DNA from: the human T2T-CHM13v2.0 reference genome, Homo sapiens | DNA: 64,000 nt | Reading direction: 5' to 3' (one strand) | NCBI RefSeq assembly: GCF_009914755.1 | Contig: NC_060927.1 | Part shown: positions 28,784-40,522 of the stretch, piece by piece | Layout of the letters: every line of letters starts with the position of its first letter | Numbering within the stretch: the first letter of the stretch is position 1 | Program-made: the position numbers and the translations under genes | Notes under the pieces: model-generated | Told to the model about the DNA's origin: nothing | Databases searched by the model: none | What the model saw: the letters and a program-made list of their open reading frames with translations, nothing else

Positions 28784-29577
28784 CTGAAGGACAAGGGAAA
28801 AAAACTCAATTCAGTATACTGGTAGTTCTTTCGGAGTAGAGTTCAATGAAAAAAGTAATTGAAAATGTTAGACTCAAGTTCTAATTGTGCATCGATAATA
28901 CAGACCAATTTAAATGTACATAAGATTCTAATGTGAACTGCTACATGACTAGATTTTATATAAATTATGTTTAGAAGCATATTTCAAAATTGTACAGGAA
29001 AAAAGGCAATTAAAAGAATATTTTTCATTGGCACTTTACTATGTGATGGGCACCGTGCTAGATTATTTCACCTAATTTCCCAAGGTACATTTCTAACCCA
29101 GGTAGTCCTGACCCGGGTAACTCACTCTATGGCTTATATTGATAATGAAAGCTAAGAGATGTTGGGAGAAACAAATTTCCAATAATGGTAACAGTGAGCA
29201 GCCAACACACTTAGAACATTCTACTATGATGATAAGTGTGCCAGATACTTTTGTAGCTACACATTTATTCCTTGGAATGAGGAACTTTACATCTCTGTTT
29301 TCTAGGTGGAAAAACTGGGACTTTAACCACAGAAACAAAAATAACTTCTCTATGAGCACACAATTAAGATTTAAGATTTGAACCTACATTTTTGACTGTC
29401 ATTTTACTGATAAATCTCAACATCCAAAAGAATGTTTTTCGATGAAGCCTGAACCTTTAAAAGAATGCTTTTTAAAACCAAGGTTAACACTCAGATAGAA
29501 ACATAAATTCATATAAAATAAAATTTTTAGAAAAGTCCTAATACTTACGAACCCAATTTCTGTACTCTACAACTCAC

Positions 29578-29698
29578 CTTATGAGGATGCTTGACATGAA
29601 CACAAAATCCCAACTCCTTTAGCACCCTCCTCTCTGCTTTGATAACTTGATTTTTGGTGTTAATGTAGTTCTGATCAAGGATCAGGGGGCTTGGAGTC
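29578..29698 (-). CDS. CCNL1: Cyclin L1 exon 4 (121 nt; TPSPLILDQ...KHPHK)
   Basis: Matches ORF 29545..29784. AG acceptor at 29699-29700; AAG|GTGAGT donor. Phase is consistent with exon 3. Confidence 0.96.
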
Positions 29699-30089
29699 CT
29701 ATAGTTTGTAAGAAATAAAATCAAAACTGTTTTGCACATCCAAAAAATTTTATTTGTGGCATCTCCATTTTCCCTTCCAACCAACTATTGGCAACAGAAA
29801 CCAGCTTTTTAAACTCCTGCAAACAAGTTAAAGCATTAATCTTGTGCTGTCCAAGTTATGCTAATTAAATATATACATCTACGAGACTAAGTTCCTAAAG
29901 GAACTAACAATTCTGTAATGAAAAAAATTCACTCTAATGTTCTTGAATTCATCCCTGCCAACTTTTCCATTCTGCTTATATTCTAGGTGTGTATATATAT
30001 GTATTTAACTTTAACGATAGCATGATTTGTCATCACAAACCTCAAAGTCTCTCCAAGAGACTTTCCACTGGCCAAAGTAATGTGCTCCA

Positions 30090-30178
30090 GGCTGGTCCGA
30101 TGGTAGTGGGTTATCAGAACTTACTAATATCAGTGTCACTAAAGTTGGTATACAATCTCCCACTGCTATTTGACTGGT
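30090..30178 (+). pseudogene. Y4 RNA (RNY4) retropseudogene in CCNL1 intron 3, antisense to CCNL1
   Basis: GGCTGGTCCGATGGTAGTGGGTTATCAGAAC...GTGTCACTAAAGTTGGTATACAA matches hY4. Followed by an (AAAC)n tail with partial TSD gtgctcc. Confidence 0.9.
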
Positions 30179-31469
30179 AAAACAAACAAACAAACAAAAC
30201 AACTAAAGTGCTCCTAAGATTTACAGTACTATAAAGTCCTCATAAGATCATACTGATTTTTCATGCATTCTATATGGCCAAAATTTTTCAAAAGTTGGGG
30301 GGGGTGGGAACAGTGGGTAGTTAATCCAGATTCCCCTCCAATGGGGTATTATGTTTTTAATAATTTGTTCTAAGAGCCTATCTGTTTAAAAAAGTAATCT
30401 GAAAACTAAAGATTCAGCTCAATTACCCAAGTAAATTAAAAATCGTATTTAAAACTCCACGTGACCCATGAGATCCAGGCCCAAATTTGGTCAGGGTTGT
30501 AGTTATTAGGCAACATGCTTTACTATTAACACAGAAGGGAATGAAGGGCCATAATGAGGGAACCACAACATATTCAAGGGCTCTGTACCAGACTAAATTT
30601 TGGTAACTCAGAAGTTTCTATAATACAGAAGGCTTATGTCAGTGGTTTAATGCTTTAAAAGTAGCACATTCAACTGATGTTATCCCCAAATGTTTTATTA
30701 CATAGTTTAAAAACTTATAATAAAAGACAATCTTATTTATGTCATACAATTCAAAACTGGTTTCTTCCTGAGAAGTTTCAGTCAGGAAAGGTTAAGGAAT
30801 TGGGCTTTTGTTTTTTGTTGTTGGTCATGTCTGAAATTTACCCAAGTCCAACACATTCTTAGATTCAACCAACAAAAACTACTATTTTATCAAGACACTG
30901 ATTATACGGTAAGTTTACAAGTAGAATACTTCAATATTTTTGTCCATACTCAGTTCATTTTCAGCCAAAAGACTTAAGAGTCTTTGCTCTAGGCAGAATA
31001 CACGATCTATTTTTAAGACAGTCATCCTCTCTACCCCAATGCACACCAGATCCAGAAAAATGTAATCTCATATTTTTAAAACAAAAATCTATTTCAATAC
31101 ATGCACCGAAGGTTAGAAAACAATCTGCGATGAACTTCATTACCCCTATGGTAACATCAGAGTAAAAAGTCAGTTATCATACATTTTCCTTACTTTCTTC
31201 CATTTAAAATTATTACAGAAACTGGAATGCTTACTAAACAAAAACTGGCAGCGCTGACAAGATAAAAGACAGCTGTTACTTAAAATGGCCTTCCCTCGGT
31301 TTCATTCCTCACACCTATGAGGAATGAGGCCACCAGCTGGCCTCATTGAGCTGCTTTCTAATATTAACGTGTAATGATGAATCCATTTTATCAGGACAGT
31401 AGGCTACAAATTGCTCTTTGGAAAATAAGTCAAACTTAATTCTCATGAAAACAACCTATCTCTCTCTCC

Positions 31470-31484
31470 ATATATATACATACA

Positions 31485-31514
<30 letters not shown>
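31470..31514. repeat. (TA)n(TACA)n microsatellite in CCNL1 intron 3
   Basis: Direct observation. Confidence 0.95.
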
Positions 31515-31516
<2 letters not shown>

Positions 31517-33552
31517 AACATATTCCAAAGATCTTAAGGTCTATGATCAGGTTTTATCATCACAGGAAATTTGGAAAAAAGTAAAACCAACTTCAGACTC
31601 TTTTTAACTTATGGCTGTGTTATCTAATGGCTCTCCTTAACTGTCATTAAGAGATAAAATAGCTCCAGTGTTACAGCTGCACACACCATTTTAACTCTTA
31701 ACCCCTTGCAATCCAGACAGAAGACGGTATCATCAAAATCCCTAGTAAAATGTAATTTTATGAAAACATAGTTGTCTCATTTTTCTCCATTTGTTAATAA
31801 AAATTATCTATACCTCTTAAGATAACCTGCTTTAAGAACTGCCTTCAAATGGTGATATAATTCATTTGTTCTTGCAATTACACTAAAGAAGCTAAATATG
31901 TTTGAATTATAGCTACTATTTAGTCCCAAATCAGACTTAATGATGCCATTTTCTTTGTTTTTGTGTCAAAATGCCAATGACATCAAAATAGATTTAAGAA
32001 AACCAAACCCATTATTTACTATAATTCAATATATACTTAACTTCTTGCTTAATCCTGCTATTTATTACCTGCAATTTTCAAAGTTAACTTTGTGGGTATA
32101 TAACCTAAAACCAGATACCTTTATTTTGTTCAGAATTGGTTCTACCTCACAAATCAACGGTGCACACGTAATTTACAACTACCTGGTAGAGATTACTTTG
32201 TATCATAAATTTAAAAAATATATCTCCATCAATCAGCAGTAAACAAAGTCTCAAAGTATACATTAGTACCTTCTGTTGCAACAAGCACATTAAATTAAGG
32301 CCTGCTAGAATTTCTTCCTCCCCAATCAGGTAAACTTTCTTTGCCAATAAAGTTTGAGGAGGTGGCATTTGAAAATCTCTTTAAAAAAGAAGTCTTCATC
32401 TATTCAGAGAAAACTCAAAAATAATTTTCATTATCAACACACAAACTAACTCAATCTCTGCTTTAAGTTTCTATTGTCCAATTTTTCTGATTTATACGAG
32501 AATTATTTTCAGCTTTAGAAAATCCTGGTCTTTGGTCATTAGAAGTTTATTATTATGGTTTGTTAGAGGAGCTATTTTCCTTTAGCATGATTATGTAATT
32601 GACATATAACTCAACAACAACAAAAATTACAAAGTCCAAACATGGTTAGTTTCATTTATGTGTTACAAAGACTGAGAAATATTGGAACCAAGTCTTCAAG
32701 AGACTATAACAGATTGGTAGTTTACAAAGAGGCATACTGCCAAGCAATATACAAAAATTTGTAATGCCTACTTAAAAGTAGAAACATCCTTTATAGGTAT
32801 TTAAACAAACTGAAGGCCACCTTGTAGAGCCACAGAATTATACTGTAGAAAGGTGGTAGACTAAATGACATCACTTAACACCCTTCCAATTCTTACCTAT
32901 CCAACTTTTATTATCTATGGATACACTGAAAATACATTGTATTTACTAATGAGAATGGTTAAACCAGTCTTTGAAAATTTTAATACGCTGCATCTCAAAA
33001 GTAAATATTTGGAAACTAGAACAATGAAAAAGCAATCCCCCCTCTAAATTTAGCTGTTTATTGTCAACTTAAAAGATAATTATCGAACCACAAAAAACTG
33101 AAGGAGGAATAGGCCAAACAATCCAGGTTGGGGACTAAGCACTGGTACTTTTTAAAAAGCTCCTCTGCTAATTCTCAATGTGTAGCCAGGCTGAAGAGAC
33201 CAATGACCTACAAGCAACATGAATAATGTATCTCCACTGTAATTGTCAAAGTCACACTACAATTTAAAGTTATGAATAAACTAGATTAAAACAAATAGCA
33301 TCATTAAGACAAGTGATATGCTTTACCTAACCAATGTATAATACTGATAGTACTTTCTAATGACATTAACCTATGCAAAAATAAATACAAAGCTATAGTT
33401 CTAATAACTTGGACAGCAAAGACAAAAGCTTATAACAAGAAACAGGAGTTTTTCTAAATGGTTCACCAGTGGCCAACCTGTTAGTCCCCGATTCCAGTGA
33501 CCTATTCTCAGAGCACTGGCTTCTCCTTGGGGATTTTCGATACTTCACTCAC

Positions 33553-33625
33553 TGTTGCCATGACGACAGCTTCATCTCTATGTACCACTCCACATCACCC
33601 AGGCTTTGGTAAATGTAGCTGGTCG
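33553..33625 (-). CDS. CCNL1: Alternative poison exon in intron 3 (73 nt), giving ...RGKSDQLHLPKPG* (172 aa short isoform)
   Basis: atacag| acceptor, ACA|GTGAGT donor, in-frame TGA at 33595-33597 after exon 3. The tail agrees with my recollection of a short cyclin L1 isoform. Confidence 0.8.
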
Positions 33626-35407
33626 CTGTATAGTCGGTTGCAAGGGAAAAAAGAGTTGAAGTTAATAACATATACAAGTTACGTGCTTGAGTAAACTTGT
33701 AATATGCATAGAAACACTTTTACATCCTGCTTTAAAAAAAGGCTTCCATGCAATTAACAACTCCTTTTAAATTTTGCTATAATCAGACTTCTAAGATTGA
33801 AACAAAATCAGTTTCTCTGTAATAATGACCCAAAAAACAAAGTTACATCAGACACAACAATCAGGTGAGATTATATTATTTTAAATTCCATGGTTTTTAC
33901 AGTTAAGACCTATTCTAACATCAACGAAGTAAACTAGTCTCACAGGAAAATTCCACAGAAGATAATCATGTGATTACATAATAGTTGGCTCAATGGTTCA
34001 AAGAATACTAGAAAACCATTTCCTTTAAGCAAAGAGAAACCTTTGACTAAAGATAGAGCCTTGTATTAGTGTCATTACTTTAAACATCCTGAAGAATCAG
34101 CCAGGTATCTAAATACAGATTTAACCTCAGACCATACCAAAGACCAATTTGAAATCTTCCCAATTCCCAGGGACTCATCAACAAACTAAAAGATATTTTA
34201 GAATTTAAAAAGTACTCTATCCCTGGACACAGTTAAGGTGAATGAGAAAAGATGGGGGAGAAAAAGTATGTAGGAAAACTGTTGCAGACTTTTTGACTAG
34301 GATACTCTTTTTTTAAAAAAGAACTGTCTGTAGACTCACAGAATAGACTAGTCATCTTAAAGTTGCTTTAATATTTGCTTGTCTGAATAGTTCCATTACT
34401 GCCAACTTACAGATTCAGCCAATAAGGACTACTCATATAGAATACTAACAGCACTAACCAACATACCCAACCCCCAGAACAACTTATAATCCTTTTAATA
34501 ACTTCCTTTCAAACTCAGTACAATTTGTCTAACATCACTACAATTCCTTAAAGAGTGAATGCAAAAACTATTCTACACCAAATATATCATTCTGCAGCAT
34601 GTACTGGAAGTCACCTGTAGATGCAGGAAGTCCTGCAACAAACTTTTTGGTACTGCCTCACAGGAACACATAGGTCCACATAAAATTATGTTACCACAAC
34701 ACCTAGGAGATACTATTTCAGTCTCTGTATTTTCTTACAACATCAAATAAATGGCCCTATCTAAATGCAACCCAATCAATCTTACTTGTTAATTTTCTAA
34801 CCCACTCACTGAGACTGTATCTAACCAAAACAAAATACCTGTTTAATCCCTTTGACTTCAAACTTCAAACTTTATCATCCTGCAGTCCTTTCAGATCCGG
34901 TATTATTCGATTTATCGTAGTTCAATGTTGAGAAGTACTCTAACAAAAGCCAACCTCAATTGATAAAGAATTAACTGGGACTTCGAGTAGAAAAACATAA
35001 TCTACACAGAACTTTGCCACAATATTAACTTAAACTACAGTGTTTAAACTTCCAGCCTTCAGTCTTCCAGAGAGGGGAGAGGAAAAATAACTTACAGAAT
35101 ACACTCACACTTGAGCCAAATGTACTCCCTTTCTTGTTTAATCTTAAGCCACAGGCCTGGCTTCACAGCACTGTTAGGATTGTCCATAAATGCAACTGCC
35201 TCTACAAACTTTAGATAACCGGTTAATTATGTTTCTTTTTTCAAATTATTTTAAGTATCAGTGTTCCTATATGAACTTTAACACCTAAATTAAAGTCCGT
35301 TTTCTTTTGCATCCGTATTCACTTGAAAGGAAAGATGTTTTGATTTGATGACTGGTGCACGGTACAGCAGTAGCAAGAGATACTATGTTCAATAATGCCA
35401 ATCTTAC

Positions 35408-35517
35408 CTTTTTCCTCTTAACTGGCGGAGGTGGTGGAATACATTAATCACATCTCTTATTCTTCTAGGTGCTTCTTCGATTTTTGATGCAAGATTAATA
35501 CAAGCCATAGCAACAAT
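35408..35517 (-). CDS. CCNL1: Cyclin L1 exon 3 (110 nt; [15 protein letters not shown]...RGKR)
   Basis: ttcag| acceptor, AAG|GTAAGA donor, contains the LASKIEE cyclin-box motif. Confidence 0.96.
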
Positions 35518-35946
35518 CTGAAAGAACCCATGAGCCACAAAAGCCATTGTTAGATTAAACTCACTTTGAAGAATAAAATTTAGAACACAATTGGGACAAC
35601 CTTTAGTAAAATTAGAGAAGACATCTCTATGCCGTAAGTCTACCAGCTATGCTAGTACTATACTTTTTGTTGTTTAACTCATCTTAATTTTGGTTCCAGA
35701 GTCAAACTCAATCTTACAGGAGTTCTGCATTTGGTTGAAAACTGTACTTTTCGTTAAGAGGGCACTTAGGCTCGTGATCGATTTTGAACCACATTCTAAA
35801 GGTTTCCACTTCCTGGCGAGTGAGAAGTAGGTACAAAGGCCTAAACTAAACCACTCCCTTTCTGGAAAAGCTGGCTGCTGACACTACCCCTACTCTGCCC
35901 ATTTCCGGATGAAGAAATCCCTTTTACCCGCCTCCGCTGTGCTTAC

Positions 35947-36021
35947 CTCGAAACTGTGTTTGACGAAAGATTTGGAGTAGAAAAAACGATGAAACAACAC
36001 CTGCCCCGTTGCCATCGCCAC
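35947..36021 (-). CDS. CCNL1: Cyclin L1 exon 2 (75 nt; VAMATGQ...KHSFE)
   Basis: ctgcag| acceptor, GAG|GTAAGC donor, cyclin-box sequence in frame. Confidence 0.97.
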
Positions 36022-36333
36022 CTGCAGACAAGAGAGGAGAACGGAAGCGCAGGGGTCAGGCGGGCCCGCTCCAGGCGCCGCCGCCATTTTGTGCCGCCGA
36101 TCGCTTCCCTTTCCCCTCCCGCCGCCGCCGCCGCTGCGAACAGCCCGCTGCCAAGTCCTCCCTCCGCCTCCGCAGCCCCCCGCCCCGGCACGCCCCGGCC
36201 GCGGCTGGGCCCCGAACGGGAAAGCCTGAAGGAACCGTCCCCACCCTCCCGGGGCACGGTGATACTGAGATGCGGCGTAGGGGACGGAGGAGAGGAGAGG
36301 AGCGCCCGGCCGGCCCGGGGCCGGAGCACTGAC

Positions 36334-36636
36334 CTGCGGCAGCCGGAGGAGAATGCCGGCGGCCTGGATGAGCTCGCAGCCCAGGATGCGTAAGTCCGTC
36401 TCACTGGGCAGGTCGAGCCCATCCTGCATGGATGGGGTGGGCGAGAGCCTCTCCTCCGGAATCAGAGAGTGGTCGATGGTAAGTGAAACTTCCGAGTACA
36501 GGCGATCGCCGATCAGGATCCCTCCCGTCGTGGTCGTCGTCGTGGTCGTCGTCCCGGAGCTGGAGCCGCCCGCGCTTGGGGCGGCCGATGAGGCGGCTGC
36601 GGCAGCAGTAGCTGTCGAATGAGGCCCGGACGCCAT
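36334..36636 (-). CDS. CCNL1: Cyclin L1 coding exon 1 (303 nt; MASGPHS...LLRLPQ)
   Basis: Translation matches the cyclin L1 N-terminus (poly-Ala, poly-Thr, start of cyclin box). ATG at 36636; donor CAG|GTCAGT at 36333. Confidence 0.97.
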
Positions 36637-37647
36637 AGTCTTAGCGAGCCGCACGCAAGCCCAACGCAGCCGGAACCCGAAACAAGACTAACCAGCGTTC
36701 TCGGCGCGACGGATATTCCCGTGACCGCCGGGTTCTGGGCCGCTTCACGCCGCGTGCGCTTCCGCCCTGACGTCACCACGCCGGGCAGCCGCGCGCCAAC
36801 TAGTCCCTCCAGGCCGCGCCTCCGCCCTCGGCATCTGGGCCTGCGAGGGGAGTGTTGGGTGCTGCGACAGACCTTGGGATCCTCAGAGGCTGAGGAGGCC
36901 TTCTCTAGCCAAGGCCGGTCGAAACCACCTTGTTTGTGATAGCCACACGAATAACGGAGCTTTACAAGATCCCTTATACCCAAAATAGAGGTGGCAGCAT
37001 TGGCTAGCATCTCTGCGCCCCTTCGCCCTGCATTCCGGCCTCTTCCTTTAGCCTCGGCGCGGCTTGCGTTCCGCGTGTACCAAGGGAAGTGGCGGCCGAC
37101 CTGAGCGCGCTTTGGCGGGTGGAAGTGGTGACTTTGTTGTCCTGTGTGGACGAATGTGTAATATAAAGTGACCCTCAAGGAATCTGGAGAGGGCTGCTTT
37201 ACAGTATTTGAAGAACACAGGGCTGTGGACCCTATCGGTTCCCAAATGAAAGCTCCCCGGGGAGCGTGTTTTTGCCAGTATGGGGAAGTAGGGCGGAGGC
37301 ATAGGAATGACCGCGAGAGTGGCTGCTTTCATAGCTCCGCTTGCGAAACTCCTGCCCGGCCTTTGACACCGCCACGGCTTTCAGTAATCTGGAAAATCCC
37401 TAGTTTCCAAAAATAGTCTTAGGGCGAGGACTTGACAGAGGTAATTTGATTATGCCTGGGAGTCTCTATTCATACATGGTTACCTACCGCGGGTAGGGTG
37501 AGGTCAACCTCGTGTTTTTTGTTTTTTTTCCTGTGATATTAGCTAGCAATTTCCAGCGTTTCCTGAACCTTGAAGTAAAAACAATGATACTGATCTAAAC
37601 TACTAGAATCTAGGTTGGAAGGAAAGGAATGCATCACGTTTTACTCT

Positions 37648-38480
<833 letters not shown>

Positions 38481-38794
38481 TTGTTTTAAAATGTACTGAT
38501 ACTTGAGCCTTGCCTGCAGAGGTTGATGTCACTGATTTAAGGTGGGCCCAGCCAGTGGTTCAGTTTTGCCTGTCTTCGAGTGATTGGAATGTACAGCCAA
38601 GAGAGTGTAATTATGGTGCTGGCAGAAGTATTAACCTATCTGGATGTCACTGTCTTCACTTTCTGACTAGGCTGCTTCCAGGGAATCTTTCCACCTCAAT
38701 ATTTATGAGATATCTATAATTTTATAACAAACTTTTAAAGGAGCCTCGGTTTCCTTAAACACAATTGATGACACCAGTTTTCTGGTTTTCTTCC

Positions 38795-38925
38795 ATTTTT
38801 GTTTATAGAGCCAGGGTCTCACTGTGTTGCCCAGGCTGGCCTTGAACTCCTGAACTCAAGGGATCTTCCCACCTCAGCCACCTGAGTAGCTGGGACTATA
38901 AGTGGCACACCACTGTGCCTGGTCA
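38795..38925 (-). mobile_element. Alu monomer (FLAM-like)
   Basis: Antisense Alu arm. Confidence 0.78.
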
Positions 38926-39139
38926 GTTTTCTGGTTTTGATAATCTATGGTTGTGTGAGATATTATCATTGGGGAAAGTTGGAGGAATACATAGGAGTAG
39001 TCTATCTTTGCAACTTCCATGTCTTATTTCCAAATAAAAAGTAAAAACCCTCATTGATTATGTACTTCATTAAAACACTGGACTTCAATGAAATCATCAC
39101 CTATATTTGTAATGACTTGAGAGTAATATAATTTAACTT

Positions 39140-40522
39140 TTTTTTTGACTTCTGAACTTTTTATTGGCCTCCTGCTCCCCAAAGGGTACCCTGCTTCTGA
39201 TGGCTTAATGTCTCAGAACTTGGGTGTCGTTGGTCTCAGATACCACTTTGCCATCCACTATCCAGCAGATAGTGGTCTTTTGGATGGTTTGCATGGAGTT
39301 GCTGCTGTCCAGGGCATCACCAAGATTGAAGTCCTTGCCATCTTCCAGCAGGCGGCGGTAGGTGGCGATCTCAGCCTCTAGCTTGACCCTGATGTTCAGC
39401 AGGGCCTCGTACTCCTGGGCCTGGCACTGTCCCTCTGCCCAGGCCTGTGCCAGCTCTGACTCCAGGTGCAGCAGGATCCCGTTGAGCTGCTCCATCTGCA
39501 GGGCGTGGCAGGCCTCCACCTCCCTCAGGCTGTTCTCCAAGCTGGCCTTCAGATTTCTCATGGAGTCCAGGTTGATCTCCAAGGACTGGACTGTATGTCT
39601 CAGCTCCGTGAGCGTTATAGCAGCTCCAACCTCGACGGACTGCGTGGTGACCCCTGTGTTGCTCTCCTCAATCTGTTAAGACCAGTACTTGTCCAGCACC
39701 TATTGGTTCTTCATGCCAGCTCATCATATTGGGCCCGGATGTCTGCCATTATCTTGGTGAGGTCCTGAGATTTGGGGACATCTACCTCCACAGTCAACCC
39801 AGAGCTGGCAGTCTGGGCTTGTAGGCCTTTTACTTCCTCTTCGTGGTTCTTCTTCATGAAGAGCAGCTCCTCCTTGAGAGCCTCAATCTATCTCCAGCTG
39901 CAGCCGAGTGACATTAGTGTCATGGATTTTGTTCCCATGGATGTTGTTCTTCAGAGGCTGGCACGTGGCCAGCTCTGTCTCATACTTGACTCTAAAGTCA
40001 TCAGCAGCAAGATGGGCATTGTCAGTCTGCAGAACGCATTGTCCACAATATTTGTGAAGATCTGAGCCCTCAGGTCCTCAATGGTCTTGAAATAATGGCT
40101 CCAGTCTCTGACCTGGGGTCCCTGCTTCTCCAGGTGCTCCCGGATTTTGCTCTCTAGCCTCCGGTTCTCGGTCTCCAGGCTCCTCACTCTGTCCAGGTAG
40201 GAGACCAGGTGGTTGTCAGGTTTTGCATGGTCTCCTCGGTCTGGATGCCTCCCATTCCTGCCAGAACCCCGGCCATCCCCGCAGTCAGGCCCCCGGACCT
40301 CATGCTGCCCCAGAAGCTGGTGGAGCGGGACATGGAGATTCGGCAGCCAGAGCTCCCGGCGCCTGCACAGACGCTGGCCATGCTGCTCACCAGCCAGGAG
40401 TCGTAGCTGGGTGCCTGGACAGAGCCCAGGGACCGGTAGTTGGTGTAGAAGGCGGAGTGAGTGGTGAAGCTCATGCTGTCCAGGGAGGAGGGTGAGAGGA
40501 CAGAACTCAGGCTTTGCCGACC
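39140..40522 (-). pseudogene. KRT18P34: Processed keratin 18 pseudogene
   Basis: Intronless KRT18 homology (MSFTT... to ...LEAEIATYRRLLEDG...VLRH). Frameshift near 40215, premature TAA at 39676-39678, AATAAA at 39160-39165, poly-A remnant, TSD aatttaactt at 39130-39139 and 40523-40532. The locus number is from memory. Confidence 0.93.

Larger units (their letters stand above)
35900..37400. promoter_or_regulatory. CpG island and CCNL1 promoter
   Basis: Very high GC and CpG density over exons 1-2. Palindromic CRE TGACGTCA at 36768-36775, ETS-like GCGGAAG at 36759-36765, GC boxes at 36762-36767 and 36822-36827, YY1 motif at 36081-36090. Confidence 0.9.

Noticed and set aside
36637-36669. In-frame upstream GTG (36654) and CTG (36669) extending CCNL1
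   Set aside because: Near-cognate codons in weak context, with a short extension bounded by TAG at 36688-36690. The ATG at 36636 has good Kozak context.
36513-37416. ORFs of 80-221 aa across the CCNL1 promoter, and antisense ORFs over exon 1
   Set aside because: Expected in stop-poor CpG-island DNA; no recognisable homology.
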